Part shown: positions 37,366-47,251 of the stretch, one piece after another
Layout of the letters: every line of letters starts with the position of its first letter
How positions within the stretch are numbered: the first letter of the stretch is position 1
Assembly: GCA_963718525.1 (NCBI GenBank)
Contig: OY970355.1
Location: 192,001-256,000 of the forward strand
DNA length: 64,000 nucleotides
Direction: 5' to 3'
From: Candidatus Dormiibacterota bacterium
GTDB lineage: Bacteria > Chloroflexota > Dormibacteria > Aeolococcales > Aeolococcaceae
Made by a program: the position numbers and the translations under genes
Notes under the pieces: model-generated
Told to the model about the DNA's origin: nothing
Databases searched by the model: none
Seen by the model: the letters and a program-made list of their open reading frames with translations, nothing else

Positions 37366-39009
37366 CTACCCGACCGCGACCTCGAGGACGCGGGTTCCCC
37401 AGTTGCTGAGCCCATCGGGGGTCTGGCTCGACTTCGGCGGGACGTACTCGGTGGCAAGCCACACTGCCTGAGCCGATGGGTCGATCACCGCCCACGAATA
37501 GTCGCCCCACCGCGTCGACGTCTTGGCATAGGGACCGGTCCCCGCCGCCGCGATGTGGATCGCGCCGAAGCTGGACTGTCCAGCACCGAGTGCCGCGTAC
37601 GCTGCGCTCGGATAGTGGCCCGCGCCGGTCACAGTGAACACCATCGCACCGTCTCCTGAGGACAGCGTCTGGAGCGCCGGGTAGATCACGTTGTTGCCTG
37701 CCGCGACAACGTAGCCCTGGTGCACGATGACGGACGCGCCGATGTGCGTTCCGCTCAACGTTGGACGGACGTTGAACCATGCTGCGCCGGCGCGCGGGGT
37801 CGAGTCGTGAGCAATCGTCACGACGCTGGTCAGTTCGCCCCAGATCGTTCCGTTGATGTACTGGGTTTGCTGCATACGATCGTCACCGGAATCGATGGTG
37901 CTCGTCGAACCCTTCTGGGCCGCGGCCGGGGGAAGTCCGTATGCCTCTGACGTGATCACCGTGCTCGATAGTGTGGGCAGCTTGCCGCTCTGCACCGCCG
38001 TGCGATTGGTCATCGCCCAGACACCGAGACGGGTGTCACCGGTGCCGTTGGGATCGAGTGAGTTGAGGAAGAACTCGGCATTCGGCGCACCGGTACTGAT
38101 TGCCGGCTGCACGGAGGTCGCGACATTGCCGCCGATCGTGAGGTTCGCGAAGTGCGCGAAGTGGACCGGTGCGCCGGCCACCAGGTCCTTCTTGGAGAAC
38201 GCGTAGACCTGGGCACCGCTGAATGCTGACCCCAGAATGGAGAACTCGTTGGTGGTGACGTACAGGTTGTCCTGATCGATGCCGAGCGTCGGCTGGTCAC
38301 CGAAGCATGGGCATCCGTTGCCTGTCGCGTCGGTGGTGTCGATCTGGTACTGGGTCCAGATGTTCTCCGGGTTGCCCGACGCGTTCACCGCGATGTCGAG
38401 CTGGGAGGACTTTCCATCGGGAACCTCACCGCCGCTTAGGAACAGGATGGTTGCGAACCACGTGTTGGTGGTCGGGTCGTAGTAGCAGCGAGGATCGCTG
38501 GTGAACTGCGTGGACCCCTGGTCGAAGAGGTCGTTGACATTGCTCGGGCCAATCAGTGTGTGGCCGGTGGTCTTGAAGATCCGGAAGGCCGAGTTCACGG
38601 GCTCGAGTACGTAGCCGTTCCCGACGCACAGTCCCTGATCGGGCGGCTCGAATTGCTGGTTGAAATTGGTACGACGGCTGTCGTTGCTGCTGGTGCCATT
38701 GAAGTTCTGCAGCAGTGAGCTCGTCACCGATGCGGTCGCGGCAGCGGCCGTGGGCGCACTGACCTGGGACGACGCGGCTCCATGGGTCCGCGGCGTTATG
38801 CGGACGCCTCGCTGAGCATGCGTTGCCGCTGGGCTCGCGGCGGCGGGCACTTGGTGCGAGGGTGCGACGAGGCCCACGGTTCCACTCGCATAGGTCGTCG
38901 CGGTCGATGCCGCCGCCACGTCTGGTTTGGAGAATGGGGCGGCCAGGGCGATGCCCGTGGCACCGATGACCGCTCCCAGGAAGACTCGACGCACGTTGTT
39001 GTCGCCCAT
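37366..39009 (-). CDS. Secreted beta-rich hypothetical protein
   Basis: Signal peptide (VRRVFLGAVIGATGIALAAP); EPPDQGLCVG, SDPRCYYD, GDQPTLG, GDDRMQQ and RWGDYS motifs. Confidence 0.75.
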   Translation of the reverse strand: MGDNNVRRVFLGAVIGATGIALAAPFSKPDVAAASTATTYASGTVGLVAPSHQVPAAASPAATHAQRGVRITPRTHGAASSQVSAPTAAAATASVTSSLLQNFNGTSSNDSRRTNFNQQFEPPDQGLCVGNGYVLEPVNSAFRIFKTTGHTLIGPSNVNDLFDQGSTQFTSDPRCYYDPTTNTWFATILFLSGGEVPDGKSSQLDIAVNASGNPENIWTQYQIDTTDATGNGCPCFGDQPTLGIDQDNLYVTTNEFSILGSAFSGAQVYAFSKKDLVAGAPVHFAHFANLTIGGNVATSVQPAISTGAPNAEFFLNSLDPNGTGDTRLGVWAMTNRTAVQSGKLPTLSSTVITSEAYGLPPAAAQKGSTSTIDSGDDRMQQTQYINGTIWGELTSVVTIAHDSTPRAGAAWFNVRPTLSGTHIGASVIVHQGYVVAAGNNVIYPALQTLSSGDGAMVFTVTGAGHYPSAAYAALGAGQSSFGAIHIAAAGTGPYAKTSTRWGDYSWAVIDPSAQAVWLATEYVPPKSSQTPDGLSNWGTRVLEVAVG

Positions 39010-39178
39010 TTCCACCACCTCTGCTCTTGGTCCTACCCTGGCCAGATCGCGGGGCGACCCAACACCCGGGATGATAAGCACACGCCCCACCCCTCCGCTG
39101 GAGCTCAGTCGCTGCGAGATCGCTCGCCGTGACGGTCGCTGACTGGAACCAGGCGACCCGCGACGCCGTTCGCAGCGG

Positions 39179-41053
39179 CTACGGCGTCCGCAGGAACGTC
39201 TTGAGATCGATCAGCCAGAGGTGCAGAGCAACCGACCCCGACTGTAGGACTCCCGCGTGCACCAGCACCGGCTGGTACGCCTGCAGCGAGCTGAGCGCGG
39301 CCGTGAACCCCTCACCGTTGAGGCTCATCAGAAGTATCTGCGCCGGGTGTCGCTGCTCGAAGAACACCTTGTCGAGCGGTGTGAGGTTACCGAGCTCGCT
39401 GGGCATCGAGTCGAAGAAGGCATGGAAGATGCCGATCGGCTCGCGCAGCTCCTTGAGCTGTTCCGCGTTCCACCACATCAGCAGCTGCTCGCCGGAGTAC
39501 GCGGCAGGACCGACAAATGTCTCCATCCCCGTCGTGTCCGCATACAGATCCACCCACGTCGAGTTGTTGCCCCAGGCGGGATCGTTGCCACCGAGTGTGT
39601 ACGCGTAGTCGGGGAACGTGTCGACGACCGTGCCGCGTTCGTGCTTGTGCTGAGTTGGCGTCACGGTGAGCACCAGCAGACCGGCAACGATTGCGGTGAG
39701 AGCACCACCCACCATGAGCCGCGAGCGCACGATGTCGTGCGACCCCGCCTCGCGCCTGGCCACCCAGGCGAGCAGCACGATCGCAACCACGATCAGGAGC
39801 CCGACAGGCATCCAGCCGAACTGCGGCACGCTGGGGGTTATTTCGAAGACCAGCGGCACTGCGACGAGCACAACCGGGACGAGCCACCGGTAGCGAGCGT
39901 GCTCGAGGATCGGCGCGCCCAGCTCGGCGATGGTGATTGCGAGGGTCAACAGCACCGATCCCCAAAGCAGCGACGAGAAGTAATGCACCTCGAGCACCTG
40001 CGTGCTGCCGATGAACTGCAGGATCGCGTAGATCACGATCTGGAATGCGCACGCCACGCTGACGATGAGCTGAGCGGTCGGAATCGAACCGAGGCGGCGC
40101 CCGATCCGCGCAAAACGGTCCCTGGCCAGGAAATCCTTGAGCCGGCCTCCAAATGCTGCATAGCACGCGAGGCCCACGGCGGGCGGCACCAGCAGATAGG
40201 TGATGTACGGGGCCCAGAGCGGTGACCGGGAGTGGTTGACGATTGTTTGCGCCGGCTCCGCCAGGTAGATCAGCGACTGGATCGTGGTCAGGATGTAATC
40301 CCACGGCCCGATCAGCGCCGCCGACGCAATCATGAGCAGGCCGGTGACCGCCAGGGCCACCACGACCATGACCGACAGGTCTCGCAGCAGCTTCTGCCGG
40401 TCGCGCTTGCGCCGGACGAGCCAGTACGCGATGACCGTTGCAATGACCAGGGGCGCAGACGATGCCAACGCCCAGACCGCCAGCGTGAACAGCACTGCCG
40501 CGCCGATCAGCCAGCCGATACGGCGCCGCTGCGACGGCATCGCCAGGCAGGCAAGGCCGCCGATCAGGTAGGAGACACCGGCCGAATCGGGGAAGTCGGT
40601 GCCCCAGGCCAGGATGATGACCGGGCAGCTGAGAATGACGATGACGGCGATGACGCCGGCGACACGGTTGTACAACCGCTTCAGCAGCAGGTACGCCGGC
40701 ACCACCGCGATGAGTGCCAGGACGTAGCGGAACACGACGAACCCTGGAAGACCGCCGAACAACAGGTAGGCGATGCGACCGGGCACCAGGAAGCCCACCC
40801 GCGCACCCTCACGCAACCGTTCGGTCGGCTGGAACACCGCTGCATAGCGGAAAAAGATGTCGTGCGGGTCGATGATGAACGTCGTGTGCATCGCCGGATC
40901 GTTCAGATCCGGCGGCGCCATCAACGTGAGTTGGAGCCCGAAGAACGCAGCCGCCGGGCTGAGGATGAGGAGCAATGCCTCGGCGCAGACACGCCAGAGC
41001 GAGCGATGCTGCCCCGGCGCAGCGTCACCGAGCCGATCCTGGGGAGCTCGCAC
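39179..41053 (-). CDS. Polytopic membrane protein, possible GT-C glycosyltransferase
   Basis: About 13 TM; N-terminal 'PDLNDP' loop and 'REGARVGF'. Start at the GTG 6 nt after TATCCT. Confidence 0.55.
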   Translation of the reverse strand: MRAPQDRLGDAAPGQHRSLWRVCAEALLLILSPAAAFFGLQLTLMAPPDLNDPAMHTTFIIDPHDIFFRYAAVFQPTERLREGARVGFLVPGRIAYLLFGGLPGFVVFRYVLALIAVVPAYLLLKRLYNRVAGVIAVIVILSCPVIILAWGTDFPDSAGVSYLIGGLACLAMPSQRRRIGWLIGAAVLFTLAVWALASSAPLVIATVIAYWLVRRKRDRQKLLRDLSVMVVVALAVTGLLMIASAALIGPWDYILTTIQSLIYLAEPAQTIVNHSRSPLWAPYITYLLVPPAVGLACYAAFGGRLKDFLARDRFARIGRRLGSIPTAQLIVSVACAFQIVIYAILQFIGSTQVLEVHYFSSLLWGSVLLTLAITIAELGAPILEHARYRWLVPVVLVAVPLVFEITPSVPQFGWMPVGLLIVVAIVLLAWVARREAGSHDIVRSRLMVGGALTAIVAGLLVLTVTPTQHKHERGTVVDTFPDYAYTLGGNDPAWGNNSTWVDLYADTTGMETFVGPAAYSGEQLLMWWNAEQLKELREPIGIFHAFFDSMPSELGNLTPLDKVFFEQRHPAQILLMSLNGEGFTAALSSLQAYQPVLVHAGVLQSGSVALHLWLIDLKTFLRTP

Positions 41054-41119
41054 GGGCACAGGATAGGGACTCGGCGGGAGCTGGCGATCTCAGCATCACC
41101 GGCGGGCCGGCCGTGGCCG

Positions 41120-42091
41120 TCACCGCACGTGCTGGGCGCCGCTCCACTGGTCGATGTCGGTGATGAAGTCGATCAGTCCCCGGAAGTAGGTCACCTGGTC
41201 GTCATACATGGCCATGTGACTACCTTTTCGGCAGAGCAGGAACCGACCGTGGGGAATGCGGCCCGCCACCATCTCCATGTGGGCAGGATCCATGGTGTCG
41301 TGGGTCGCGCCGATCACGAGGGTGGGTGCGTTGATGCTCTCCAGGTCGCTGGTCCTGTCCCAGTCCGCGAGGATCCCGCTGGCACCGAGCTCGCTCGGTC
41401 CCTGCATCGGCACGTAAATCGAGCGGTTGATGTGAGCGAATGAGCGGTTGACGGGTTCGGGCCATTCCTCTGCCGGGAGGCGCAGCACATGGTCCATGTA
41501 GTGCGGGTTGAGCAGCTCCATGTACCGAGGCGTTTCCGTGTCTCCCGATGCCTCGAGCCGCTTGATCTCCGCAACCACGTCCTGGTCCATCGCCGGCATG
41601 AGCACGGAGCGCGCGTACTCGTTGTACGCGGGAATGCTCATCATCATGTTGGAGATCACCAGTCCCTTGAGGTGCTGCTGATGGCGCAGCGCGTACTCGG
41701 TGGCGAGAATGCCGCCCCAGGAGTGGCCGAGCAGAAAGAAGTTGCGGGCATCCAGGCCGAGCGCGATGCGTACCTGCTCGACCTCGTCGACGAACCGGTC
41801 CACCTGCCAGAGCTCGGGTTCGTCAGGCTGGTCGCTGTATGTCGAACCGAGCTGGTCGTAGTAGTAGTACTCGATGTTCGCCGCCGGAAGGTAGCTGTCG
41901 CAGGCTTCGAAGTACTCGTGGGTCGCCCCCGGTCCTCCGTGCAGGAGCAGGAGCTTGGCGGTGGGATTGTTGCCGAAGCGCTTGGTCCAGACGCGGAACC
42001 GCCCCTTGGGGGTCGTGATCGGAATCATCCTCGCGCCGCCCCCGAGGATATCGTCCCGACCAGTGTTGTCCAGGTACTCCTCGGCGTTCAT
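41120..42091 (-). CDS. Proline iminopeptidase-family alpha/beta hydrolase
   Basis: LHGGPG, YDQLG, GHSWGG, GSHMAMYD. Confidence 0.92.
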   Translation of the reverse strand: MNAEEYLDNTGRDDILGGGARMIPITTPKGRFRVWTKRFGNNPTAKLLLLHGGPGATHEYFEACDSYLPAANIEYYYYDQLGSTYSDQPDEPELWQVDRFVDEVEQVRIALGLDARNFFLLGHSWGGILATEYALRHQQHLKGLVISNMMMSIPAYNEYARSVLMPAMDQDVVAEIKRLEASGDTETPRYMELLNPHYMDHVLRLPAEEWPEPVNRSFAHINRSIYVPMQGPSELGASGILADWDRTSDLESINAPTLVIGATHDTMDPAHMEMVAGRIPHGRFLLCRKGSHMAMYDDQVTYFRGLIDFITDIDQWSGAQHVR

Positions 42092-42182
42092 CGACTCTCC
42101 TGTTGGGGGTCTGCGTTGTCAGTCGTTCGGAGGCGACAGCGTATCCAACAGGACCGACTGCCTACCGGGCGAGACCGACGGC

Positions 42183-42881
42183 CTACCGGGTCGGAGGGCC
42201 ACCTCTGCCGCGGAACTCGGCCACTGCTCTGGCGATGCTCTCCTGCAGGTAGCGATAGAAGAGCTGGCGCTGCGCGACGTCGATGGCGACGTCAACATCG
42301 TCACCCATCCGGCGGCGGGCGATCCAGGGCGGGATGCCATCGGCGACCATCTCGCTGCCGACGTTGATGCGCACCAGCGAGTCGTTCTCCTCAGACACGT
42401 TGACGCTCACCTTGAGCACCAGGCCGGTGTGCTCCACGAGCCGCCAGCTTCGTTCCCAGCGAAGGTGGCGGCTCTGGTCGCGGGACAGGCGGACGGCATC
42501 GTCCGCGACAACCGATTCGCCCTCGCGAGCCGCTGCTTGCAGCTGCGTCCGGATGTGCTGGTCCAGCTCGCGCGAGATCCAGTTCACCAGCGATGGCGTG
42601 CGGTCGTTCAGGTCGGGGCGACCGTTGGGATCGCTTGCGAGGGGTCCGATCGCGCGGACCGTGCTCGCATGGCGGCGGCAGTACGGGACTCCCTCGATCA
42701 GGTCGCCATGCTGTGCGCAGAAGGCGACCTGGCACATGTGGCCCCTTCGATCGCGGTACTCGCAGGTGAGCGCGTTGTCGTTCAGGCACCCGGGCACGCT
42801 GCATTGGACGCCGGTGGGCGGGGGCTCGGGCGGCGGCGGCTCCGAGGGTTCCGGGCGCCGGCGCCGGAAAAAACTGGTCAT
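42183..42881 (-). CDS. Hypothetical protein with Cys/His-rich putative zinc finger
   Basis: CSVPGC-x7-C-x9-C-x4-CAQH-x9-CRRH. Confidence 0.65.
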   Translation of the reverse strand: MTSFFRRRRPEPSEPPPPEPPPTGVQCSVPGCLNDNALTCEYRDRRGHMCQVAFCAQHGDLIEGVPYCRRHASTVRAIGPLASDPNGRPDLNDRTPSLVNWISRELDQHIRTQLQAAAREGESVVADDAVRLSRDQSRHLRWERSWRLVEHTGLVLKVSVNVSEENDSLVRINVGSEMVADGIPPWIARRRMGDDVDVAIDVAQRQLFYRYLQESIARAVAEFRGRGGPPTR

Positions 42882-42931
42882 CGACGGAACTCCACGGAGC
42901 CCCCATCCTAACCCGCAACACCGCGCAGAAA

Positions 42932-43618
42932 CTACCCGAGGTCCTCGAGCCCGCCTGTCTCGGCGAAGATCAATTCCTCGGCGATATTCGTCACCCGATC
43001 ACCGATCCGCTCGAGGTAGTGAGCGACGAAGACAAGTCCGGTCGCCCGCGGCGCAAGACTCCCGTCGGCTGTCATCTGGTCGACGTACAGGGAGAATATC
43101 TGTCGATACTTCATGTCGACCATGCTGTCGCGGCGCGCGATGTCGCGCGCAGCGAGGGTATCGTGCGCCTCAAAAGCCGCGAGAATGTCGCGCACCTGTG
43201 TTTCGGCCTGCTCCGCGAGCGCTCCCAGCGGTTCCGATGACGGTACGTCCGGCAGCTCGGTCATCGACCTGCCGATCCTGGCGATGGACACGCAATGGTC
43301 TGCCATCCGCTCCAACTCCGAAGCCATGTGATCGAAGCCATGAATGTCGCGCAGGTCGCGCGCCACAGGAGCCTGGGTAAGGATCACGTGAAAGCAGGCA
43401 TCGCGGATCTTTCGGTGTTGCTCGTTGATAGCGGCGTCGCCCTCGATGACCGCTGTGCAGATATCAGGGTTGCGTTCACGCAGACCCCAGACGGCCCGTT
43501 CGATGGCGACCTCAACTTGCTTGGTGAGCTCGACGATCGCTGTGCGGATTGCGTCAAGCTCCGCCTGAAGGACGGGCCGATGGGTGGCCGGCGTGCTCGC
43601 TGGAGTTGTCTGGCTCAT
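42932..43618 (-). CDS. phoU: Phosphate signalling protein PhoU
   Basis: QAPVARDLR, ELERMADH, YLERIGD..TNIAE. Confidence 0.93.
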   Translation of the reverse strand: MSQTTPASTPATHRPVLQAELDAIRTAIVELTKQVEVAIERAVWGLRERNPDICTAVIEGDAAINEQHRKIRDACFHVILTQAPVARDLRDIHGFDHMASELERMADHCVSIARIGRSMTELPDVPSSEPLGALAEQAETQVRDILAAFEAHDTLAARDIARRDSMVDMKYRQIFSLYVDQMTADGSLAPRATGLVFVAHYLERIGDRVTNIAEELIFAETGGLEDLG

Positions 43619-44472
43619 CCGAACCTCCCCGTGATGTAGTCCTCAGTGCGCTTGTCCACGGGGTCGCTGAACATCTCATCGGTTTTCCCGAGCTCAACCA
43701 GTTCTCCCGCGCGTCCCTCGCCCATGAGCATGAATGCTGTGTAGTCGCTGACCCGCGCCGCCTGTTGCAAATTGTGGGTCACGATGATGATCGTCACCGT
43801 CCCGCGCAGCTCCCGCATCAACTCTTCGATCCGGAGCGTCGAGATAGGATCAAGTGCGGCGCATGGCTCATCCATGAGGATCACATCGCTCCCCGCAGCC
43901 AAGGTTCGGGCCAGACACAGGCGCTGCTGTTGTCCGCCCGAGAGCCCGGTGGCTGCCGATCTGAGACGGTCCTTCACCTCCTCCCACAGCCCCGTTTGTC
44001 GGAGACCGCGCTCGACGGCATCATCGAGCGTCGTCTTGGATTGGCGACCGTCGAGACGGAGGCTGTAGATGACGTTGTCGTAGATGCTCATTGGGAACGG
44101 CGCGGGACGCTGGAACAGCATGCCAACGCGCCGACGCAAACTCGCGACATCGACGTCCGACGCATAGATGTTCTGATCGCCGACCAGGACCTCACCCTCG
44201 AGGGTGAACGAAGGGATCAGGTCGTTGATCCGGTTAAGGCTTCGCAGCAGGGTCGACTTCCCGCAGCCGGACGGCCCGATGATCGCGGTGATCTCACCGT
44301 GCGGTGCCGAGATGGAGACGTTGCGAAGCGCAAGGAATGACCCGTAGTGCGCATTGACGTTTCGGGTACTCACGGCAGGGTCATCCACCTGCACGATGCT
44401 TGGTCGCGCGGGACGTCCCTTCCCGCGCTCGGATTCGTCCAACCGCCCCAGGATGCTCAACTCACTCGCCAT
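43615..44472 (-). CDS. pstB: Phosphate ABC transporter ATPase PstB (copy 2)
   Basis: GPSGCGKST, LSGGQQQRLC, MDEPC.ALDP, VTHNLQQAARVS, DYITGRFG. Confidence 0.95.
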   Translation of the reverse strand: MASELSILGRLDESERGKGRPARPSIVQVDDPAVSTRNVNAHYGSFLALRNVSISAPHGEITAIIGPSGCGKSTLLRSLNRINDLIPSFTLEGEVLVGDQNIYASDVDVASLRRRVGMLFQRPAPFPMSIYDNVIYSLRLDGRQSKTTLDDAVERGLRQTGLWEEVKDRLRSAATGLSGGQQQRLCLARTLAAGSDVILMDEPCAALDPISTLRIEELMRELRGTVTIIIVTHNLQQAARVSDYTAFMLMGEGRAGELVELGKTDEMFSDPVDKRTEDYITGRFG

Positions 44473-44473
44473 C

Positions 44474-45322
44474 TCAACCCACCCTACCACTCACATATGC
44501 ATCGGTCGCGGCCTCAACTGGGGATCCAAATATCTGATCGGTTGCGCCGAATTCAACCATCCGACCTGGCTCGCCGGCGTGTTCAATCGTCATGAAGCCT
44601 GTGAATTGCGATACCCGCGTTGCTTGCTGCATGTTATGCGTCACGATGATCACGGTGTACTGATCGGCGATCTCGCGAATGAGTTCTTCGATCTTGAAGG
44701 TCGCGATAGGGTCCAGCGCGGAGCACGGCTCATCCATGAGCAGGAGCGCTGGATCGACCGCGACAGCGCGCGCGATGCAGAGCCGCTGTTGCTGCCCTCC
44801 CGACAGGCTAACGGCCGGCTTGCCAAGCCGGTCCTTGACCTCGTCCCACAGTTGTGCTCGGCGCAGCGCGCTCTCTGCGATGTCATCCAGTTTTCGATCC
44901 CCCGCGGACTTGGCAAGTCTGACGCCGATGATCGCGTTCTCAAAGATCGACTTGGTGGGAAATGGGTTCGGCCGCTGGAACACCATGCCGATCTCGCTGC
45001 GCACCGAGCCCGGGTCGATATCCGGATCGTAGACATTCTGTCCACCGAACATGACCCGGCCTTCAGCTCGGGCACCGGGCACGATCTCGTGCATGCGATT
45101 CACGCACCGCAGGAGCGTGCTCTTGCCGCAACCGGAGGGACCGATCAGGGCGGTCACCCGATGGGCCGGAGCCCTCAAGTTGACGTCGGCCACCACGTGG
45201 TGCTTGCCGAACCATGCGTTGAGGTCGGAGATCGACAAGCCTTCTTCATACGTCTCTGCGGTGGTCATCGTCTCGTCCACCTTCGCCATCGTAGGGGCAG
45301 GTTCTGTGGACACGTCAGTCAT
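44474..45322 (-). CDS. pstB: Phosphate ABC transporter ATPase PstB (copy 1)
   Basis: GPSGCGKST, FQRPNPFP, LSGGQQQRLC, VTHNMQQA. Confidence 0.95.
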   Translation of the reverse strand: MTDVSTEPAPTMAKVDETMTTAETYEEGLSISDLNAWFGKHHVVADVNLRAPAHRVTALIGPSGCGKSTLLRCVNRMHEIVPGARAEGRVMFGGQNVYDPDIDPGSVRSEIGMVFQRPNPFPTKSIFENAIIGVRLAKSAGDRKLDDIAESALRRAQLWDEVKDRLGKPAVSLSGGQQQRLCIARAVAVDPALLLMDEPCSALDPIATFKIEELIREIADQYTVIIVTHNMQQATRVSQFTGFMTIEHAGEPGRMVEFGATDQIFGSPVEAATDAYVSGRVG

Positions 45323-46202
45323 TCGACGTGCGTACTCGGCGGCCGAAGAGGCGAGCGACGAAGGTGAAAATGAGCACGATGGCTATGAGCGTGAGCGCGC
45401 CCGCCCACGCCCGTCCTTGACCTTCCTGAAACCCCGTGACCGCGTTGTCGAAGATCTGCAGGGAGAGGGTCGACATGCGCTTGGCCGGGTTGTACTCGGT
45501 GAACAGGTCATTGCCCAGCGCAGTCAGGAGCAGAGGGGCGGTCTCCCCCATCGCACGGGCGACGGCCAACATGGCTCCGGTGATGATGCCCGGTAGTGCG
45601 GTGGGAATACAAACACGCATCACCGTCTGACTCCGAGTGGCTCCGAGCGCCAGACTGCCTTCCCGAAGCTCATTCGGCACCAGCCGTAGCATCTCCTCCG
45701 TCGTCCGCGTCACCAGCGGTAGCATGACGATGGCGAGCGCCAGTGATCCGGCGAAACCGGAAAAGCCGAACCTGGTGACCCAGATCGCATAGATGAATGC
45801 GCCGGTGACAATGGTCGGAACGCCGATCAGCACGTCGTTGAAGAAGCGGATCGTGTCGGCGATTCGCCCTCGCCCGTACTCGACCAGGTAGATCGCCGCG
45901 CCGATTCCCAGTGGGATCCCGATCAACGCTGCGATACCGACAATGATGAGGCTGCCGACGATGCCGTTATAGAACCCACCACCGGCAACGGCTGGGTTGC
46001 CAGGCGGGGTTTGCGTGAGGAAACCAAGGTTCAAGGCACCCAGGCCCTGGATGGCCACGTAGATGAGCACCCAGGCGAGCACGCCGACCGCCACCACCAG
46101 CGCCGCGATGAGCAGGCCGACCAGCGCCGCACTCTTCGCGCGTCGACGGCGCAGCGCTGGACGATTGCGGAAGCCAGGCGTACCGACCGCGAGCTGGGTC
46201 AC
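45315..46202 (-). CDS. pstA: Phosphate ABC transporter permease PstA
   Basis: AAIYLVEY, GVPTIV, LREGSLALGA, ARAMGETAPL. Start at the GTG overlapping the pstC stop. Confidence 0.93.
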   Translation of the reverse strand: MTQLAVGTPGFRNRPALRRRRAKSAALVGLLIAALVVAVGVLAWVLIYVAIQGLGALNLGFLTQTPPGNPAVAGGGFYNGIVGSLIIVGIAALIGIPLGIGAAIYLVEYGRGRIADTIRFFNDVLIGVPTIVTGAFIYAIWVTRFGFSGFAGSLALAIVMLPLVTRTTEEMLRLVPNELREGSLALGATRSQTVMRVCIPTALPGIITGAMLAVARAMGETAPLLLTALGNDLFTEYNPAKRMSTLSLQIFDNAVTGFQEGQGRAWAGALTLIAIVLIFTFVARLFGRRVRTSND

Positions 46203-47218
46203 AGCGCCACCCCACGGCGCGCAATCAGGCGCGCAAGGATGTTCACCACCAACGCGACGATCAAGAGCCAGAATCCGACGACGAACAGTGCCGACAGATG
46301 AAAGGGCTCGGTCGCCTCGGTGAACTCGTTGGCGATGACGCTGGACATCGTCGCCCCTTGCGAGAAGATGCTCCCGTTGATGTGCAGCACGGCATTGCCG
46401 ATCACCATGGTCACCGCGATGGTCTCGCCCAGAGCGCGACCGAGACCGAGCAGCGACGCCCCGACGATCCCCGAACGTGCCCGCGGAAGCACCGCAATAC
46501 GGATCATCTCCCATCGCGTGGCTCCCAGAGCCAGCGCGGCCTCCTTCTCGTTCCGCGGCGTGCTCCGGAAGACCTCTCGGCAGACCGCCGCAATGATGGG
46601 CAAGACCATGATCGCGAGCACCAGCCCCGCGCTGAAATACGACACACCGAAAAATGGACCCTGGAACGCAACACCGATCACCGGGACCGTTCCGAGCGTC
46701 GCGGTCAGGAAATTCACCACCGGCTTGATCGCCGGTATTAGCGCGAAGATCCCCCAAAAGCCATAGACGACGCTGGGTACTGCTGCCAGCAGATCCACGA
46801 GCCCAGAGAGCGGACCCTTGATGCGCTGCGGTGCCACCTCCGTGATGACGAGCGCCGCCCCGACAGCGAGAGGGATCGCGATGATCATTCCGATGATCGA
46901 GGTGAGCATCGTGCCGTAGATGAACTGCAAGATCCCGTACGGATTGGGATGAGATACGTTGGGGAAAGCGGTGGACGGGGTCCATCGCGACGCCGTGATG
47001 AACGAGAAGAAGCCATAGTGCTGCATGGCTGGAAGGCCCTCCAGCACCAGGAAGACGACCATCCCGACGATGACGACAAGCACGATCCCGCCCATGACCG
47101 AAACGCTGGTTCCGAAGATCCGGTCAGCGATGCGGGGCCGACCGCGCTTCAAGAGAATCGGCGCCACCCGACTGGTAGAGGCGGCGATGCCGCCGCCCAC
47201 ACCAGCTGGCGGCGGCAT
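46199..47218 (-). CDS. pstC: Phosphate ABC transporter permease PstC
   Basis: LLAAVPSVVYG, EAALALGATRWE, LGRALGETIAV. Confidence 0.95.
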   Translation of the reverse strand: MPPPAGVGGGIAASTSRVAPILLKRGRPRIADRIFGTSVSVMGGIVLVVIVGMVVFLVLEGLPAMQHYGFFSFITASRWTPSTAFPNVSHPNPYGILQFIYGTMLTSIIGMIIAIPLAVGAALVITEVAPQRIKGPLSGLVDLLAAVPSVVYGFWGIFALIPAIKPVVNFLTATLGTVPVIGVAFQGPFFGVSYFSAGLVLAIMVLPIIAAVCREVFRSTPRNEKEAALALGATRWEMIRIAVLPRARSGIVGASLLGLGRALGETIAVTMVIGNAVLHINGSIFSQGATMSSVIANEFTEATEPFHLSALFVVGFWLLIVALVVNILARLIARRGVAL

Positions 47219-47251
47219 CAGATACCCACCACGGTCAATATGGTTGCCGGC

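Noticed and set aside
43615-45322. Tandem pstB duplication as a novelty
   Set aside because: Two pstB copies in a pst operon are well known (e.g. Bacillus pstBA/pstBB).
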